Part shown: positions 40,707-51,869 of the stretch, one piece after another
Position numbering within the stretch: the first letter of the stretch is position 1
How the letters are laid out: every line of letters starts with the position of its first letter
DNA from: an uncultured Actinomycetes bacterium
GTDB taxonomy: Bacteria; Actinomycetota; Thermoleophilia; RBG-16-64-13
DNA length: 64,000 nucleotides
Direction: 5' to 3'
Assembly (NCBI GenBank): GCA_963841735.1
Contig: CAWJDT010000004.1
Location: forward strand, 383,395-447,394
Made by a program: the position numbers and the translations under genes
Notes under the pieces: generated by a model
The model's database searches: none
What the model was told of the DNA's origin: nothing
What the model saw: the letters and a program-made list of their open reading frames with translations, nothing else

Positions 40707-41972
40707 TCACGGTGTTGCCTCCGGGGCTAGACTCCATAGGCCACGGCTCTCGTTGACCACCAGGCCGCGGCGCTTGAGTTTCGTGAGTGCGACTCGCACC
40801 GCTCCGGGCGTGGTGCCTGTCGCCTCGGTCAGTCCCGAGACACTGAGCGGCCCGTGCTCCAGCTCCCCAAGGATCACGCTCACGGTGGCGCCCTGTTCGG
40901 TCAGCAGGTCATCGGCCGCCACGGTTTCCACCACGATGGCGTCGCGCTCGAATATGAGCCTCATCCCGACTGGCGCCGGCCGCCCCATGTTGTGTTTCCG
41001 AGGGAACATCCCCACCTGGAGCACGTGCTGGTCGCTCGTCTCCTGCGGTCGGATTTCCCACGTGGCGCGAGACAGGTTCTCAAAGTAGACGCTCCCGATA
41101 GGGAGGCGGTGCTGGTTCTCTTCGCGGCGGTCTGCCTTGGTCGTATGGGTCAGAATCCCTACCGCGGCGTTGGTGGAAGCCGTCACCTTGCGGAGCGCGT
41201 TGAAGAATTGGATGGCGAGCTCGGCACTCATGATGTCTCCCCCGCAAGCCGGGCCGGCAGAGTCGACGATAACGAGCCCTATCTCGTGCTTCGCTATGGT
41301 CTTCGCGATCTCTGAGGTCTCGTCAAGGATCGAACCTAGACAGCGGCGATAGAGCGGATACCGGAGAGTGGCGCCGATAAGTGTCTGCTCCAGGCCGTTC
41401 GCCAGTAGCGTGCAGCGCCGGTCTGCCTCTGCTTTTGTTACCTCCCAATCGAGATAGAGCACGTTTTCCCGGCGTGTGGGCTCACCTTGAAAGGGCAGGC
41501 CGTTTTGCACGAGCAGCGCGACATACATGGCCAGAAGGCTCTTGCCCGACGCGCCGGGCGCGTACCATGCCACGGGTAGGTGGTCTAGCAGTAAGGGGCG
41601 GAGCAGGTACTCAACCTCGGTGCTCGCGACCGGGCAGAGGTACTCAGCCGGGCTGCCCTCTTCCTCGCGCTCCAGGATCGTTCGACAGGACTCTTCTATC
41701 ACCCGGTCCCAGCTGTTCGCCTCAGCGGGTAGTCTCTGTTCAAGGTCGCGTGAGAGTTCGCGCCGGCTGCGGCCGGCTGCCAGGTTCAGGTTCCCGTGGT
41801 GGAGCGGGAGCTGCTCCCCGCTAGGTGTGGTGGCAGTGACTCTCACCCGCGCCTGTACGCGGCCGTCTGAGTGGCTGCGGAGGCGGTCTGCCTCAAAGAC
41901 TACCTCCGCGGTTGGTAGTGACCACTGAACGGCATAGCAGCCCGGCGCGGCTGTAACTCGCGGGGGATTCAT
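40707..41972 (-). CDS. RepA/AAA_25-type helicase with C-terminal wHTH
   Basis: APGASGKS, VLYLDWE, LVIVDS, ILTHTTK, IGS; ATGA-coupled start. Confidence 0.8.
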   Translation of the reverse strand: MNPPRVTAAPGCYAVQWSLPTAEVVFEADRLRSHSDGRVQARVRVTATTPSGEQLPLHHGNLNLAAGRSRRELSRDLEQRLPAEANSWDRVIEESCRTILEREEEGSPAEYLCPVASTEVEYLLRPLLLDHLPVAWYAPGASGKSLLAMYVALLVQNGLPFQGEPTRRENVLYLDWEVTKAEADRRCTLLANGLEQTLIGATLRYPLYRRCLGSILDETSEIAKTIAKHEIGLVIVDSAGPACGGDIMSAELAIQFFNALRKVTASTNAAVGILTHTTKADRREENQHRLPIGSVYFENLSRATWEIRPQETSDQHVLQVGMFPRKHNMGRPAPVGMRLIFERDAIVVETVAADDLLTEQGATVSVILGELEHGPLSVSGLTEATGTTPGAVRVALTKLKRRGLVVNESRGLWSLAPEATP

Positions 41973-42256
41973 CGTACCCATGCCCGCACCGGCCCCTTGT
42001 GCGACCGGGGGCGCTGTAGTCGAGCCTGGCAGCAGTCTATACGGTCGTCCGCCCACTGTTGAGCGGTCATCGGGAAGGTTCCCCGCCACACTATGGCCCG
42101 CGGGTCCCGAGCGACGATCCTAGCTGCCTGGAATATCTCGTTGAAGAGTTCACACGGAGTCAACTCTGCTAGGTCTTCGTTGTAGACCCGGAGACACTCT
42201 TCGAGGCTGACTGCGGCGTTGGGCAGTTTCGCGACCGCTCGCCTTGCCCGGGTCAC
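41969..42256 (-). CDS. Hypothetical island protein
   Basis: 95-aa ORF coupled to the helicase. Confidence 0.5.
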   Translation of the reverse strand: MTRARRAVAKLPNAAVSLEECLRVYNEDLAELTPCELFNEIFQAARIVARDPRAIVWRGTFPMTAQQWADDRIDCCQARLQRPRSHKGPVRAWVR

Positions 42257-42291
42257 TGTGCGTACCCTTGTTCGACGGGTAGCCAGGCCAT

Positions 42292-42498
42292 CTAGCGGCC
42301 CGCCACCGGCCGGCCCTCAGAGGTTGACGTCTGAGTCTGGCTGGCCGCCCACGTCCGCACTACCTCCGGATCGTAGCGAACGGCGCCGTTGATCTTCAAA
42401 TACGGGGGCCCGCAGCCTCGCCACCTCCACTGGTTTATGGTCTGCTCTGCCAGCCGCAGAAAATTGGCTGCCTCTTGCGAAGTCCATCGTGGCTCCAT
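42292..42498 (-). CDS. AlpA/excisionase-like HTH protein
   Basis: T..EAA.FL.L...T...WR..G.GPPYLK...AVRY. Confidence 0.88.
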   Translation of the reverse strand: MEPRWTSQEAANFLRLAEQTINQWRWRGCGPPYLKINGAVRYDPEVVRTWAASQTQTSTSEGRPVAGR

Positions 42499-42596
42499 GA
42501 CATATCCTCCCTAGTGTGTCCATCTAGGGAGGATTGTCCACCCCGGCCAGAGACCTATAAAATCCGACAGAAGACGACGGGTCGTGTAGTCAATTA

Positions 42597-43295
42597 TCAG
42601 TTCCTGTGACGGGGCGATGCATCTCGCGAGCCTGGCGGCCTACCAGGCGATCGGACCGCGCACAAGTCGAGCCCCACGAGCTTCGCAACTTCCTTCACGC
42701 GCTTTTGGACGTTGTCCATCTGCGAGGGTTCGGGCGCGAGATCGGTCCACTTCTCCCGCAACACCTGATAGCGGACAAGCCAGTCGAGGTGCAGGGAAAA
42801 CTGAGGCTTGGCGCGATCATGGACCCAGCCTTGTCTACGCAGCTCGCGCTCCTGTTCAAGGTAGGCTCGTTTGGTCTCCGTCAGTGACATCCGCGTCGGG
42901 TCCAAGTCAGGACTGGTGGCCGTTTCGCCATTCATATTGATGCTAGCGCCTGGAAGCATCCAGTCGCGCAGCCTCCAAGCGGGCACCCACTCCCACAGCA
43001 GCAGGGTCTCGCCCAACACAGAGAGTAACCATGGCGGCGCCGCGTTGAAGGCGTACTTTCGGGGCTCCTCTGGTTTGGCCCAGGCCCGCAGTGCATCCGC
43101 GAGGTTCCTATCCTGTGGGTTCGCCCAAGTGAGGGAACGCACCACTTCCTCGTCGACACGAGATCCGGACTCGGCCGCCACAGCGCCCAACTCCCGGAGG
43201 ATGCCGGGGACCTTTTCCCGCACCATCTCCAGGAAGGCTCTCCGGTATTGCGCGGTTTGCAGCTCCGGAAAGATGAGAGACAGGTCGCGGCTCAC
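42597..43295 (-). CDS. Hypothetical protein coupled to the integrase, possible regulator
   Basis: 4-nt overlap with int; C-terminal helical region and GRP motif. Confidence 0.6.
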   Translation of the reverse strand: MSRDLSLIFPELQTAQYRRAFLEMVREKVPGILRELGAVAAESGSRVDEEVVRSLTWANPQDRNLADALRAWAKPEEPRKYAFNAAPPWLLSVLGETLLLWEWVPAWRLRDWMLPGASINMNGETATSPDLDPTRMSLTETKRAYLEQERELRRQGWVHDRAKPQFSLHLDWLVRYQVLREKWTDLAPEPSQMDNVQKRVKEVAKLVGLDLCAVRSPGRPPGSRDASPRHRN

Positions 43296-44701
43296 TTCCC
43301 AGCCTCCTGCGAGCCTGGCATGGCCACCACTTCCCCCCCGGGCTTGCCCTCCAAGACCGCCGCAATATGGCCCGCCACGATCCCCGCGGCCTGCCGTAGT
43401 GGATCGTTGGCCAGGTGAGCGTACCTCTGTGTCGTGGCGGCTTGTGTGTGCCCCAGCAAGGCCCCGATCGTCGGGAGACTCAGACCGTCGCCGGCGCCAA
43501 CACTGGCGAAGCTATGGCGCAGGTCATGGATTCTCAGAGTGGACAGGTCGACACGGTCCTTCTTCTCCAGCTTGCCCTCGGCTTGCTGTTTGTCCTGTTG
43601 TTCATTGACCTTCGCCTTCAGCCGGCGCCAGGGACCGTTCAGGTCAGCGATATGGTCCGGGCCGCGCTCACCTGGGCACACCCACGGGCTACCCTTCTTC
43701 CGGGGCGCGTCGTCTAGCAGCTTGATAGCCGGCGGTCCGAGTACAATCACCTTTGCGCCCGTCTTGCTGTCCGGCAGGCGTAGTAGACCGCGCTGGAAGT
43801 CCACGTGCTCCCACCTGAGCGTGAGGATCTCGCCCAGCCGGGCACCGGTGAGCAGCAGTAGTCTCAGAGCCAGGATGGCCGCCGGGTGTTCGGGCTCGAG
43901 CTTGCGGCGCACTGTCCGCTCCTTGCCGTCGCGGCCGATGGTCTTCACCATCATTGTCGGTGTCGCAGGTAGTCGCTCCATCTCCCGCAGGGCCTCACCT
44001 AGCCGCGCAAGTTCCCTCTCCGACAGGTAGCGTTCGCGCTTCTTCTCTTTGAACTTGCCGAGATGCCGGCAGGGATTCGAGCCTTCAGGTCTCCAACCCC
44101 ACAGCTCGGCAAGGTTCATCATCTTCGACAACAACGCGACCGTCCGGTTCGCCTGTGTGGGCTTGTCGCGCAGCTTGTGCTGAAGGCGGGCCACATCCTC
44201 GCGGGTGATGCTGGCCACCGTCTGGCCCTCAAAGGTGGGCTTGATGTAGGTCTCCAGCTTCTGGGTATCATCGGCTATGCCCTTCGGCCCCTTGCGGACC
44301 TCAGCCCATTCGTGGAGGTAGCGCTCGGATAGATCCTCGATCGTGGGCTCTTCGGCCGCTTCCTTCTTCCGCTCGATCTTCTCTTCCGCTGGGTTCTCCC
44401 CACGGGCCACCGCCGCAAGCAGCTGTTGAGCCTGAGATCGCGCCTGCTCCGCGGTGACGACGCCGTGCCTTCCGATAGTCACCCTGCGCGTCTTGTTCGC
44501 GCCGTCACGGTACTGGACTAGGTAGCTCTTGACGCCGGACGCGGTGATGCGAACACCGAAACCTGCGAGTTGGTCATCCCATATGAGCACATCGCGGTTT
44601 GGATCGCCCGGCAGCTTGCCGAGACTTGATAGCTTGGCGTCGAGTTCTTGGATCATCGCGTCGTGCTCGGCGTGGTCTATGACCCGTTTCGTCAGCTTCA
44701 T
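43292..44701 (-). CDS. int: Tyrosine integrase with arm-DNA-binding domain
   Basis: IWD..L.GFGVRI..SG.KSY; TGAR.GEI, K, HDLRHSFAS, LLGH, TQRY. Confidence 0.95.
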   Translation of the reverse strand: MKLTKRVIDHAEHDAMIQELDAKLSSLGKLPGDPNRDVLIWDDQLAGFGVRITASGVKSYLVQYRDGANKTRRVTIGRHGVVTAEQARSQAQQLLAAVARGENPAEEKIERKKEAAEEPTIEDLSERYLHEWAEVRKGPKGIADDTQKLETYIKPTFEGQTVASITREDVARLQHKLRDKPTQANRTVALLSKMMNLAELWGWRPEGSNPCRHLGKFKEKKRERYLSERELARLGEALREMERLPATPTMMVKTIGRDGKERTVRRKLEPEHPAAILALRLLLLTGARLGEILTLRWEHVDFQRGLLRLPDSKTGAKVIVLGPPAIKLLDDAPRKKGSPWVCPGERGPDHIADLNGPWRRLKAKVNEQQDKQQAEGKLEKKDRVDLSTLRIHDLRHSFASVGAGDGLSLPTIGALLGHTQAATTQRYAHLANDPLRQAAGIVAGHIAAVLEGKPGGEVVAMPGSQEAGK

Positions 44702-44875
44702 TTGACCTCCTGATTCCTGGTCAGCATGTTAGCCGCGTAAGCAGGGCGTAAGCACAAGGCACAGAAATGCTCATATCTGCGTAGATGATAAAGGAACTTG
44801 CGAGAAGGTGCAATGTGGCGTGCAAGCCCGCTGCGCAAGCGGGTAATTGACCTGCAACCCGCTTATACCCTGAGG

Positions 44876-44947
44876 AGCCGGTGAGGGGACTTGAACCCCT
44901 AACCTGCTGATTACAAATCAGCTGCTCTACCATTGAGCTACACCGGC
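44876..44947 (-). tRNA. tRNA-Thr(TGT)
   Basis: GCCGGTG acceptor stem, GCTGA-TTTGTAA-TCAGC anticodon arm, GGTTCAAGTCC T arm; CCA not encoded. Confidence 0.97.
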
Positions 44948-45271
44948 CCGAGATGCGGTACACGCTCCGCTGCGATGCCGCGGCAGCCCCGCCGCCGCGA
45001 CGCTGTGATCCGGCGTCGCGCTGGGCGCCCGCCGGGAGATTTTACCGCGCCTAGCGACAGTCGTCGGGACGGTCTTGACTCAGCGGGCGACGGTCGTCGG
45101 CTGAGTCTTCGCGAGCCGGGCCGGGCTCGTCGGGATTCCGGCGCCGGTCGTGGCCGCTCAACGGTCACCCAGACGCACCAAGGGCCCCGCGGCTTAAGTC
45201 GCCGGGCCCTTGTCCCGCAGCATATACCTCATCCGCCGACGGCCTTGGCGCCGTCCCGCGAACTGGTAGTC

Positions 45272-45931
45272 CTACAGTAGCACCCGCCTGCTTTCTAGGT
45301 GCAATGTAACCTTGCGCTTGATGCGTTGGAGCGCGTTGTCAACTGTCTTGGTGTCGTGACCGATATGGTCGGCGATGGCCTCGTAAGAGTTGCCTTCCAT
45401 GTAGTACTTGAGCACAAGGGACTCCAGCGGGCTCAGCAGTCGCAGCAGACAGTCGGTCAGGCTGACACACTCTTCGGAGCTTATGACCTGCTGCACCGGA
45501 TCGCTAGTGCGCCCCGACGGGATGATATCGGCCAGCGTACGGCTCTCGTAGTCGGAACTGGAGGGCGAATGACTGAAGCTCAGGTACGTATTGAGCGGCA
45601 CGTGCTTCTGCCGGGAGGCAGTCTTGATAGCGGTGATGATCTGCCGCGTGACGCAGAGCTCGGCGAAGCTGCGGAAGGAGGTGCTACGGCCGTACTCGTA
45701 GTCGCGGATGGCCTTGTAGAGCCCTATGTAGCCTTCTTGAATGAGATCGTCACCATCGCCACCGGCCAAGAAGTACGAATTGGACTTCATCCGCACGAAC
45801 TGCTTGTAGCGAACCAGGATCCGGCGGGTAGCCTCCGTCTCCCCACTCTTGGCCAACGCCACCAGTTGCTCATCGCTGAGCTCCGGTGCTGCCTTATCGG
45901 CTAGCTTTAAAGCTAGTGCCGCGCTCTCCAT
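45272..45931 (-). CDS. sigH: RNA polymerase sigma factor SigH (Spo0H-type)
   Basis: SYFLAGGD.DDLIQEG, SFRSFAELCVTRQIITAIK.A.RQKH.PLN, DNALQRIKRK. Confidence 0.92.
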   Translation of the reverse strand: MESAALALKLADKAAPELSDEQLVALAKSGETEATRRILVRYKQFVRMKSNSYFLAGGDGDDLIQEGYIGLYKAIRDYEYGRSTSFRSFAELCVTRQIITAIKTASRQKHVPLNTYLSFSHSPSSSDYESRTLADIIPSGRTSDPVQQVISSEECVSLTDCLLRLLSPLESLVLKYYMEGNSYEAIADHIGHDTKTVDNALQRIKRKVTLHLESRRVLL

Positions 45932-45959
45932 CCCTATCCTCCCGCTCCGGCGTTGCGGG

Positions 45960-46502
45960 TCAGGACTCGTTTCCCGGCTTCGGCAAACTTGGTGATGCCG
46001 GCGGCGCCGCCAACCCTTCTCTTAGCGCCTTCAGCCTCTCCACCGTGCTCGAGTCGATCCTGTCCTCAATCCTGTGGTCCATTGTAATGCAATTCTTTGG
46101 AATTGCAATACTCTTTGTGTGCTCTTGCAAATCACCCACAAATTGCCTGGACGATCGCCGGATCACATTAGGGAGAAACGTGGTCTGCTGCAGCTGATAG
46201 TCGGAGGTCACCACAACGATACTTTCGCCGGTGTTTAGGGCATAAACCTCCCTCTCGATGATGCTGTCGGCCGACCGCGAGAAGGACCCAAAATAGACCT
46301 CTACGTTGGCGGTTGCACTCTCTTGCTTTTGCAACGCTTGAGCGCGCGAATCGAAAACTATGATGGCCCGATCGGAGGTGCCGCCCATGTAGCTGGCGAT
46401 GCGATCTATTAGGCGGCGCCGCTCCTCCTCCAGATCGTCTATACCCTTCTGCCCCAGAAACTGGTGCAGTACGTTATAGCCGTCGATGAGGTAGACGCTC
46501 AC
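45960..46502 (-). CDS. yacP: NYN-domain RNase (YacP/Rae1 family)
   Basis: YLIDGYN, IVFD, SADSIIE, VVTSD. Confidence 0.85.
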   Translation of the reverse strand: MSVYLIDGYNVLHQFLGQKGIDDLEEERRRLIDRIASYMGGTSDRAIIVFDSRAQALQKQESATANVEVYFGSFSRSADSIIEREVYALNTGESIVVVTSDYQLQQTTFLPNVIRRSSRQFVGDLQEHTKSIAIPKNCITMDHRIEDRIDSSTVERLKALREGLAAPPASPSLPKPGNES

Positions 46503-46513
46503 GGCGGCCGCGC

Positions 46514-47449
46514 CTACGGCCTTCGGGCCGGTTTCGCAGGCCCTGCAGGCGTTTCTCCGGGTACCTCGCCGCCTGAGCCGCGCTGGCGCAGAGCTTCGTA
46601 AAGGAGGATGCCGGCCGAGACGCTCACGTTGAGCGACTCCACCCGGCCCCGCAGCGGCAGGCCCACCATGACGTCGCATAGTGACTCCACCCGGCGACCC
46701 AGTCCCTGCCCTTCAGACCCCAATACGAAGCAGGTGGGATATTTGTAGTCTTGCTCCGCATATCCGCTCGCTGCGCCGGCCTCCGTGCCATAGACCCAGA
46801 AACCCGCCTTCTTCGCCTCTTCCAAGAAATCGGCCAGGTTGCGCACTCTGGCCACCGCGGCATGCTCGGTAGCCCCAGCGGAGGCCTTTACCACCGCCGC
46901 CGTCACCTCCGCTGCGCGGTGCCGCGGAATGACCACCCCCGCTCCGGCGCCCTCCGCGGTGCGGATGATCGCCCCCAGGTTGTGCGGGTCCTGCACCTCG
47001 TCTAGGACCACCAGCAGAGTGCGGCCCACTAGGATCTGTTCTTCCGCCACATACGGATAGGGGTCGACCTCGGCGGCGATGCCCTGATGCTCCGGGGTGT
47101 TCAGCCGCGTGGTGAGTTCGAACGACTCCATGCGCCGCACTGGGGGCACGCGTGCGGTGTCCGCCCCAGCGGCGCTCGCGGCCGGGCTCCCCTCGGTGGT
47201 CGCTGCACACCACTCAGGCAGCAGCCGCGCAAGTTCTTCCTCCCCCCGGCCGGTGGCCAACAGGATGGCGTGCACCTTCCTGCGCCCCCGGAGGGCTTCA
47301 CGCACAGGATTGCGGCCATAGACAAACTCGAGACCCACAGCCGGCTCAGCGGAATGACGAGGTGCTCCCTCGGCAACGGGGCGCGGCGGCCGCTCCGAGA
47401 CCCGCTCCGGCGCGGGACGCGGCCCCGCTCTGCTGCGCGCGCCCGGCAC
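46514..47449 (-). CDS. rlmB: 23S rRNA Gm2251 methyltransferase (start uncertain)
   Basis: YGRNPV.EAL, DPHNLGAIIRTA, GSEG.GL, VESLNVSV. Confidence 0.9.
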   Translation of the reverse strand: MPGARSRAGPRPAPERVSERPPRPVAEGAPRHSAEPAVGLEFVYGRNPVREALRGRRKVHAILLATGRGEEELARLLPEWCAATTEGSPAASAAGADTARVPPVRRMESFELTTRLNTPEHQGIAAEVDPYPYVAEEQILVGRTLLVVLDEVQDPHNLGAIIRTAEGAGAGVVIPRHRAAEVTAAVVKASAGATEHAAVARVRNLADFLEEAKKAGFWVYGTEAGAASGYAEQDYKYPTCFVLGSEGQGLGRRVESLCDVMVGLPLRGRVESLNVSVSAGILLYEALRQRGSGGEVPGETPAGPAKPARRP

Positions 47450-47480
47450 CGACGCGGTCGTCGGCCGGCGGGCGCCTTTG

Positions 47481-48885
<1,405 letters not shown>

Positions 48886-48888
48886 ACT

Positions 48889-50355
48889 CTAGTTCCTTCC
48901 CTGCTGGGCCGCGAACGCGCCCGCGGCTTCTAGACGGGCCAGGAGGCGGCTCTTGCCCAGCCCCCCGATGAGATAGAACAGTTCTGGACCGTCGGCGCGA
49001 CCACTCAGGGCCACCCGCAACGGGTGATACAAGACTTTGCCCTTGAGCCCTTCCGCCTTACCGGCCTCGGCCAGCCCACGCAGCACTTCGCGGGCCTGCT
49101 CGACTGTGAGGTATTCCGCGGGCATCGCCTGGAAGGCCTCGGTCGCCAGCCGGAGCAGCGTGTCGGTGCCCGGAGCCAACAGCTCTTCGGCGCACTCGCA
49201 GGTGGAGAGATCGGCTTCTTCGGTGAAAACGGTCGCGTACTCGGGCGCGTCCGCCAACTTCACCAGGTTGGCCTGCACCGCGGCGGCTACCAGTTCCCGC
49301 TGCGCGGGGGCGAACTCGATGCCGGCCGCCTGCAGGTAGGGGGCGATGTGCTGGTAGAGCTCAGCCGGGGCCAGCTCGCGGATGTAGAGGCCGTTGAGCC
49401 AGTTGAGCTTGTGGATGTCGAAGATGGCCGGGCTCTTGGATACGCGGCCTAGCTCGAACTCCTCGACGAGTTCGGCCAGGTTGAACTTCTCGCGCTCGTC
49501 GGCCGGGTGCCAGCTGATGAGGGCCAGGTAGTTGACCATAGCGCCGGGCAGGTAGCCCAGGCGCTGGAAGTCGCCGATGGAGGTGGCGCCGTGCCGCTTG
49601 GAGAGCTTGCTGCCGTCGGGAGCCAGGATAAGAGAGTGGTGCCCGTAGCGCGGAGCCTCCTTGCCCAGAGCCGCGAAAAGCATCATCTGCCGGGCGGTGT
49701 TGGTGACGTGGTCTTCGCCCCTTATGACGTCGGTGATCTGCATGCCGGCGTCGTCCACCACCACGGCAAAGTTGTAGGAGTAACCGCCGTCGGTGCGCTT
49801 GATGATGAAGTCGCCTATGACGTCCGACGAGAAGGTGATGGGCCCATGGATGAGATCCTCAAAGGTGACGTCACCCTCGGGCACACGGAAACGCACAGCC
49901 GCCTGGTCGCCTGCAGCCAACCGGGCCTCGACCTCGGCGGCGGTCATGGCTCGGCAGGTGCCGTCGTACTTGGGCATGTGCCCATCGGCCAACATCTGCT
50001 CCTTGCGCTCGTCGAGGAGTTCTTGCGGGCAGAAGCAGGGATAGGCCCAGCCCGTGGCGAGCAACTGCTGCACGGCGGCTTCGTAGATGTCGGCCCTCTC
50101 GCTCTGGCGATAGGGACCGTAGTCGCCGCCCATGTCGGGCCCCTCGTCGGCATGCAGGCCCAGCCAGCCCAGGTCGCTGATGATGCTGGTGTCGTGATGG
50201 CTCTTGGAGCGCTTGAGATCGGTGTCTTCAATGCGCAGCACCATGGTGCCGCCGTTGTGACGGGCGTAGAGGAAATTGTAGAGAGCGGTGCGTGCACTGC
50301 CCACGTGCAGCGAGCCTGTGGGACTAGGAGCAAAGCGTACGCGTACGTCGGTCAT
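48889..50355 (-). CDS. gltX: Glutamate-tRNA ligase
   Basis: RFAPSPTG.LHVG, LRIEDTD, IRGEDH, KLSKR. Confidence 0.95.
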   Translation of the reverse strand: MTDVRVRFAPSPTGSLHVGSARTALYNFLYARHNGGTMVLRIEDTDLKRSKSHHDTSIISDLGWLGLHADEGPDMGGDYGPYRQSERADIYEAAVQQLLATGWAYPCFCPQELLDERKEQMLADGHMPKYDGTCRAMTAAEVEARLAAGDQAAVRFRVPEGDVTFEDLIHGPITFSSDVIGDFIIKRTDGGYSYNFAVVVDDAGMQITDVIRGEDHVTNTARQMMLFAALGKEAPRYGHHSLILAPDGSKLSKRHGATSIGDFQRLGYLPGAMVNYLALISWHPADEREKFNLAELVEEFELGRVSKSPAIFDIHKLNWLNGLYIRELAPAELYQHIAPYLQAAGIEFAPAQRELVAAAVQANLVKLADAPEYATVFTEEADLSTCECAEELLAPGTDTLLRLATEAFQAMPAEYLTVEQAREVLRGLAEAGKAEGLKGKVLYHPLRVALSGRADGPELFYLIGGLGKSRLLARLEAAGAFAAQQGRN

Positions 50356-50539
50356 GCTTATATCTCTCTCGGGAGGTTCTCTCCAAGTAAGTCTTGCTGC
50401 AATCAGTCTACCCGACGGGGCCGCGAGCCGTCGGTCGAAGGCGCTCCGGGACGCGGGAACGCAGGAATCCGCCGCTCCGGAGCGGCGCGGCTTGGACCCC
50501 GACGCGGAGCGGCGCGGGCGGAGCCCCGCCGCGCGCAAC

Positions 50540-51091
50540 CTAGGTGCGGTGCCGGCCCGGCAGACGACGCCTCCGAGGGAAACCGCCGCCCGGCCCGCCG
50601 GCTGCGCGCACGAGAGCCACCGCCTGCACAGCGATGCCCTCACCGCGGCCGGGGAAGCCCATGCCCTCAGTGGTGGTGCCTCGCAGCGTCACCCTTTCGA
50701 CTTCGACGCCCATCGCCGCCGCCATGCGCGCGCGCATGGCGTCGCGGTGCGGCGCCACCCGCGGTTGCTCACAGATGACCACAGCGTCTACGTTCACAGG
50801 CTCCCAGCCTTGCTCGCGGACCAGCCGCGTCACTGAGGCCAGGAGTCCGATGCTGTCGGCCCCGGCGTAAGCCGGGTCGCTGTCGGGAAAGAGGGCGCCT
50901 ATGTCGTCGAGGCCGGCGGCGCCCAGAAGGGCGTCCACGACCGCATGGGTGAGCACGTCGGCATCACTGTGACCTGCCAAGCCGTCGTTCTCCCGCAGGA
51001 GCAGGCCGCCCAATACAAGCGGACGGTCGGAGGCGAATCTGTGGGCGTCGAAACCGACACCCACCCGCAGCCCTGGATCGGTGCCGCTCAC
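50540..51091 (-). CDS. ispF: MEcPP synthase
   Basis: G.GFDAH, GHSDADVLTHA..DALLGA, TTTE.MG..GR.EGI. Confidence 0.93.
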   Translation of the reverse strand: MSGTDPGLRVGVGFDAHRFASDRPLVLGGLLLRENDGLAGHSDADVLTHAVVDALLGAAGLDDIGALFPDSDPAYAGADSIGLLASVTRLVREQGWEPVNVDAVVICEQPRVAPHRDAMRARMAAAMGVEVERVTLRGTTTEGMGFPGRGEGIAVQAVALVRAAGGPGGGFPRRRRLPGRHRT

Positions 51092-51137
51092 TGCCGCCCC
51101 CGCCGGGAGGCGGCGCCACTTGCCGCCGAGCGGCCGC

Positions 51138-51857
51138 TCACTGCCGGCGCTCCGCCAGGATCTGCTCGGCCTGACGCAGGTCACTGCGATCGGTGACCTT
51201 GAGATTCTCCGGCGAACCCTCCACTACGGCCACCCGTCCGCCCAGCGCCTCCACCAGAGAGGCGTCGTCTGTGCTGCCCAGTAGCACGTCGTCCGGCTGG
51301 GCATAGGCCTCCATCAGCGTGCTCCAGCGAAAGATCTGGGGAGTCTGCGCCCGCCAGATGCGGCGCCTGTCGGGAGTCCCGGTGATGAGACCGTTATCAT
51401 CGACCATCTTGATGGTGTCGATACTGGGAATGGCCAACACTGCCCCATCGAGCGTGCCGTCGGCCGCCAGAGCGTCCACCACCCGGCCGATCTCAGCGCA
51501 GGTCACCAGGGGCCGGGCGCCGTCGTGCACGCCCACTAGATCCCAGGTACCGGCCTCGGCTAAGGCCCGCAGGCCGTTGCGCACCGAGAGAGGTCGCTCT
51601 TCACCCCCCGCCGTCACCGCCACTACTTTCTGGATGCTTTCGTTGTCGATCTCAGTCTCACAGTAGGCCACGTCGTCTGGACCGACCACTACCACGAGGG
51701 CGTCCACCCGGCGGCAGGAGCCAAGGGTGGCTAGGGTACGCTGCAGCATGGGGATGCCCAACAGGGGTATGTACTGTTTGGGGAGTCTGGATTCGAGGCG
51801 GGCGCCCCGTCCGGCGGCGGCTACTACGAGCGCCAAACTCATGTCACATTTGGGCAT
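51138..51857 (-). CDS. ispD: MEP cytidylyltransferase
   Basis: AAGRG.R....PKQY, HDGARP, AQTPQ, TDD, N.KVT...DL. Confidence 0.93.
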   Translation of the reverse strand: MPKCDMSLALVVAAAGRGARLESRLPKQYIPLLGIPMLQRTLATLGSCRRVDALVVVVGPDDVAYCETEIDNESIQKVVAVTAGGEERPLSVRNGLRALAEAGTWDLVGVHDGARPLVTCAEIGRVVDALAADGTLDGAVLAIPSIDTIKMVDDNGLITGTPDRRRIWRAQTPQIFRWSTLMEAYAQPDDVLLGSTDDASLVEALGGRVAVVEGSPENLKVTDRSDLRQAEQILAERRQ

Positions 51858-51869
51858 GCTCGCAGCTAC

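Larger units (their letters stand above)
35031..44921 (-). mobile_element. ~9.9-kb tRNA-Thr-integrated phage-satellite-like island
   Basis: 46-bp direct repeats 35031-35076 and 44876-44921; tyrosine integrase, Xis/AlpA, helicase, prohead protease. Confidence 0.9.

Noticed and set aside
35031-44921. Complete prophage or ICE
   Set aside because: No capsid, terminase, tail, lysis, relaxase or T4SS genes.
50356-50539. T-box upstream of gltX-cysS
   Set aside because: No GGTGGnACC T-box motif; only GC-rich hairpins.
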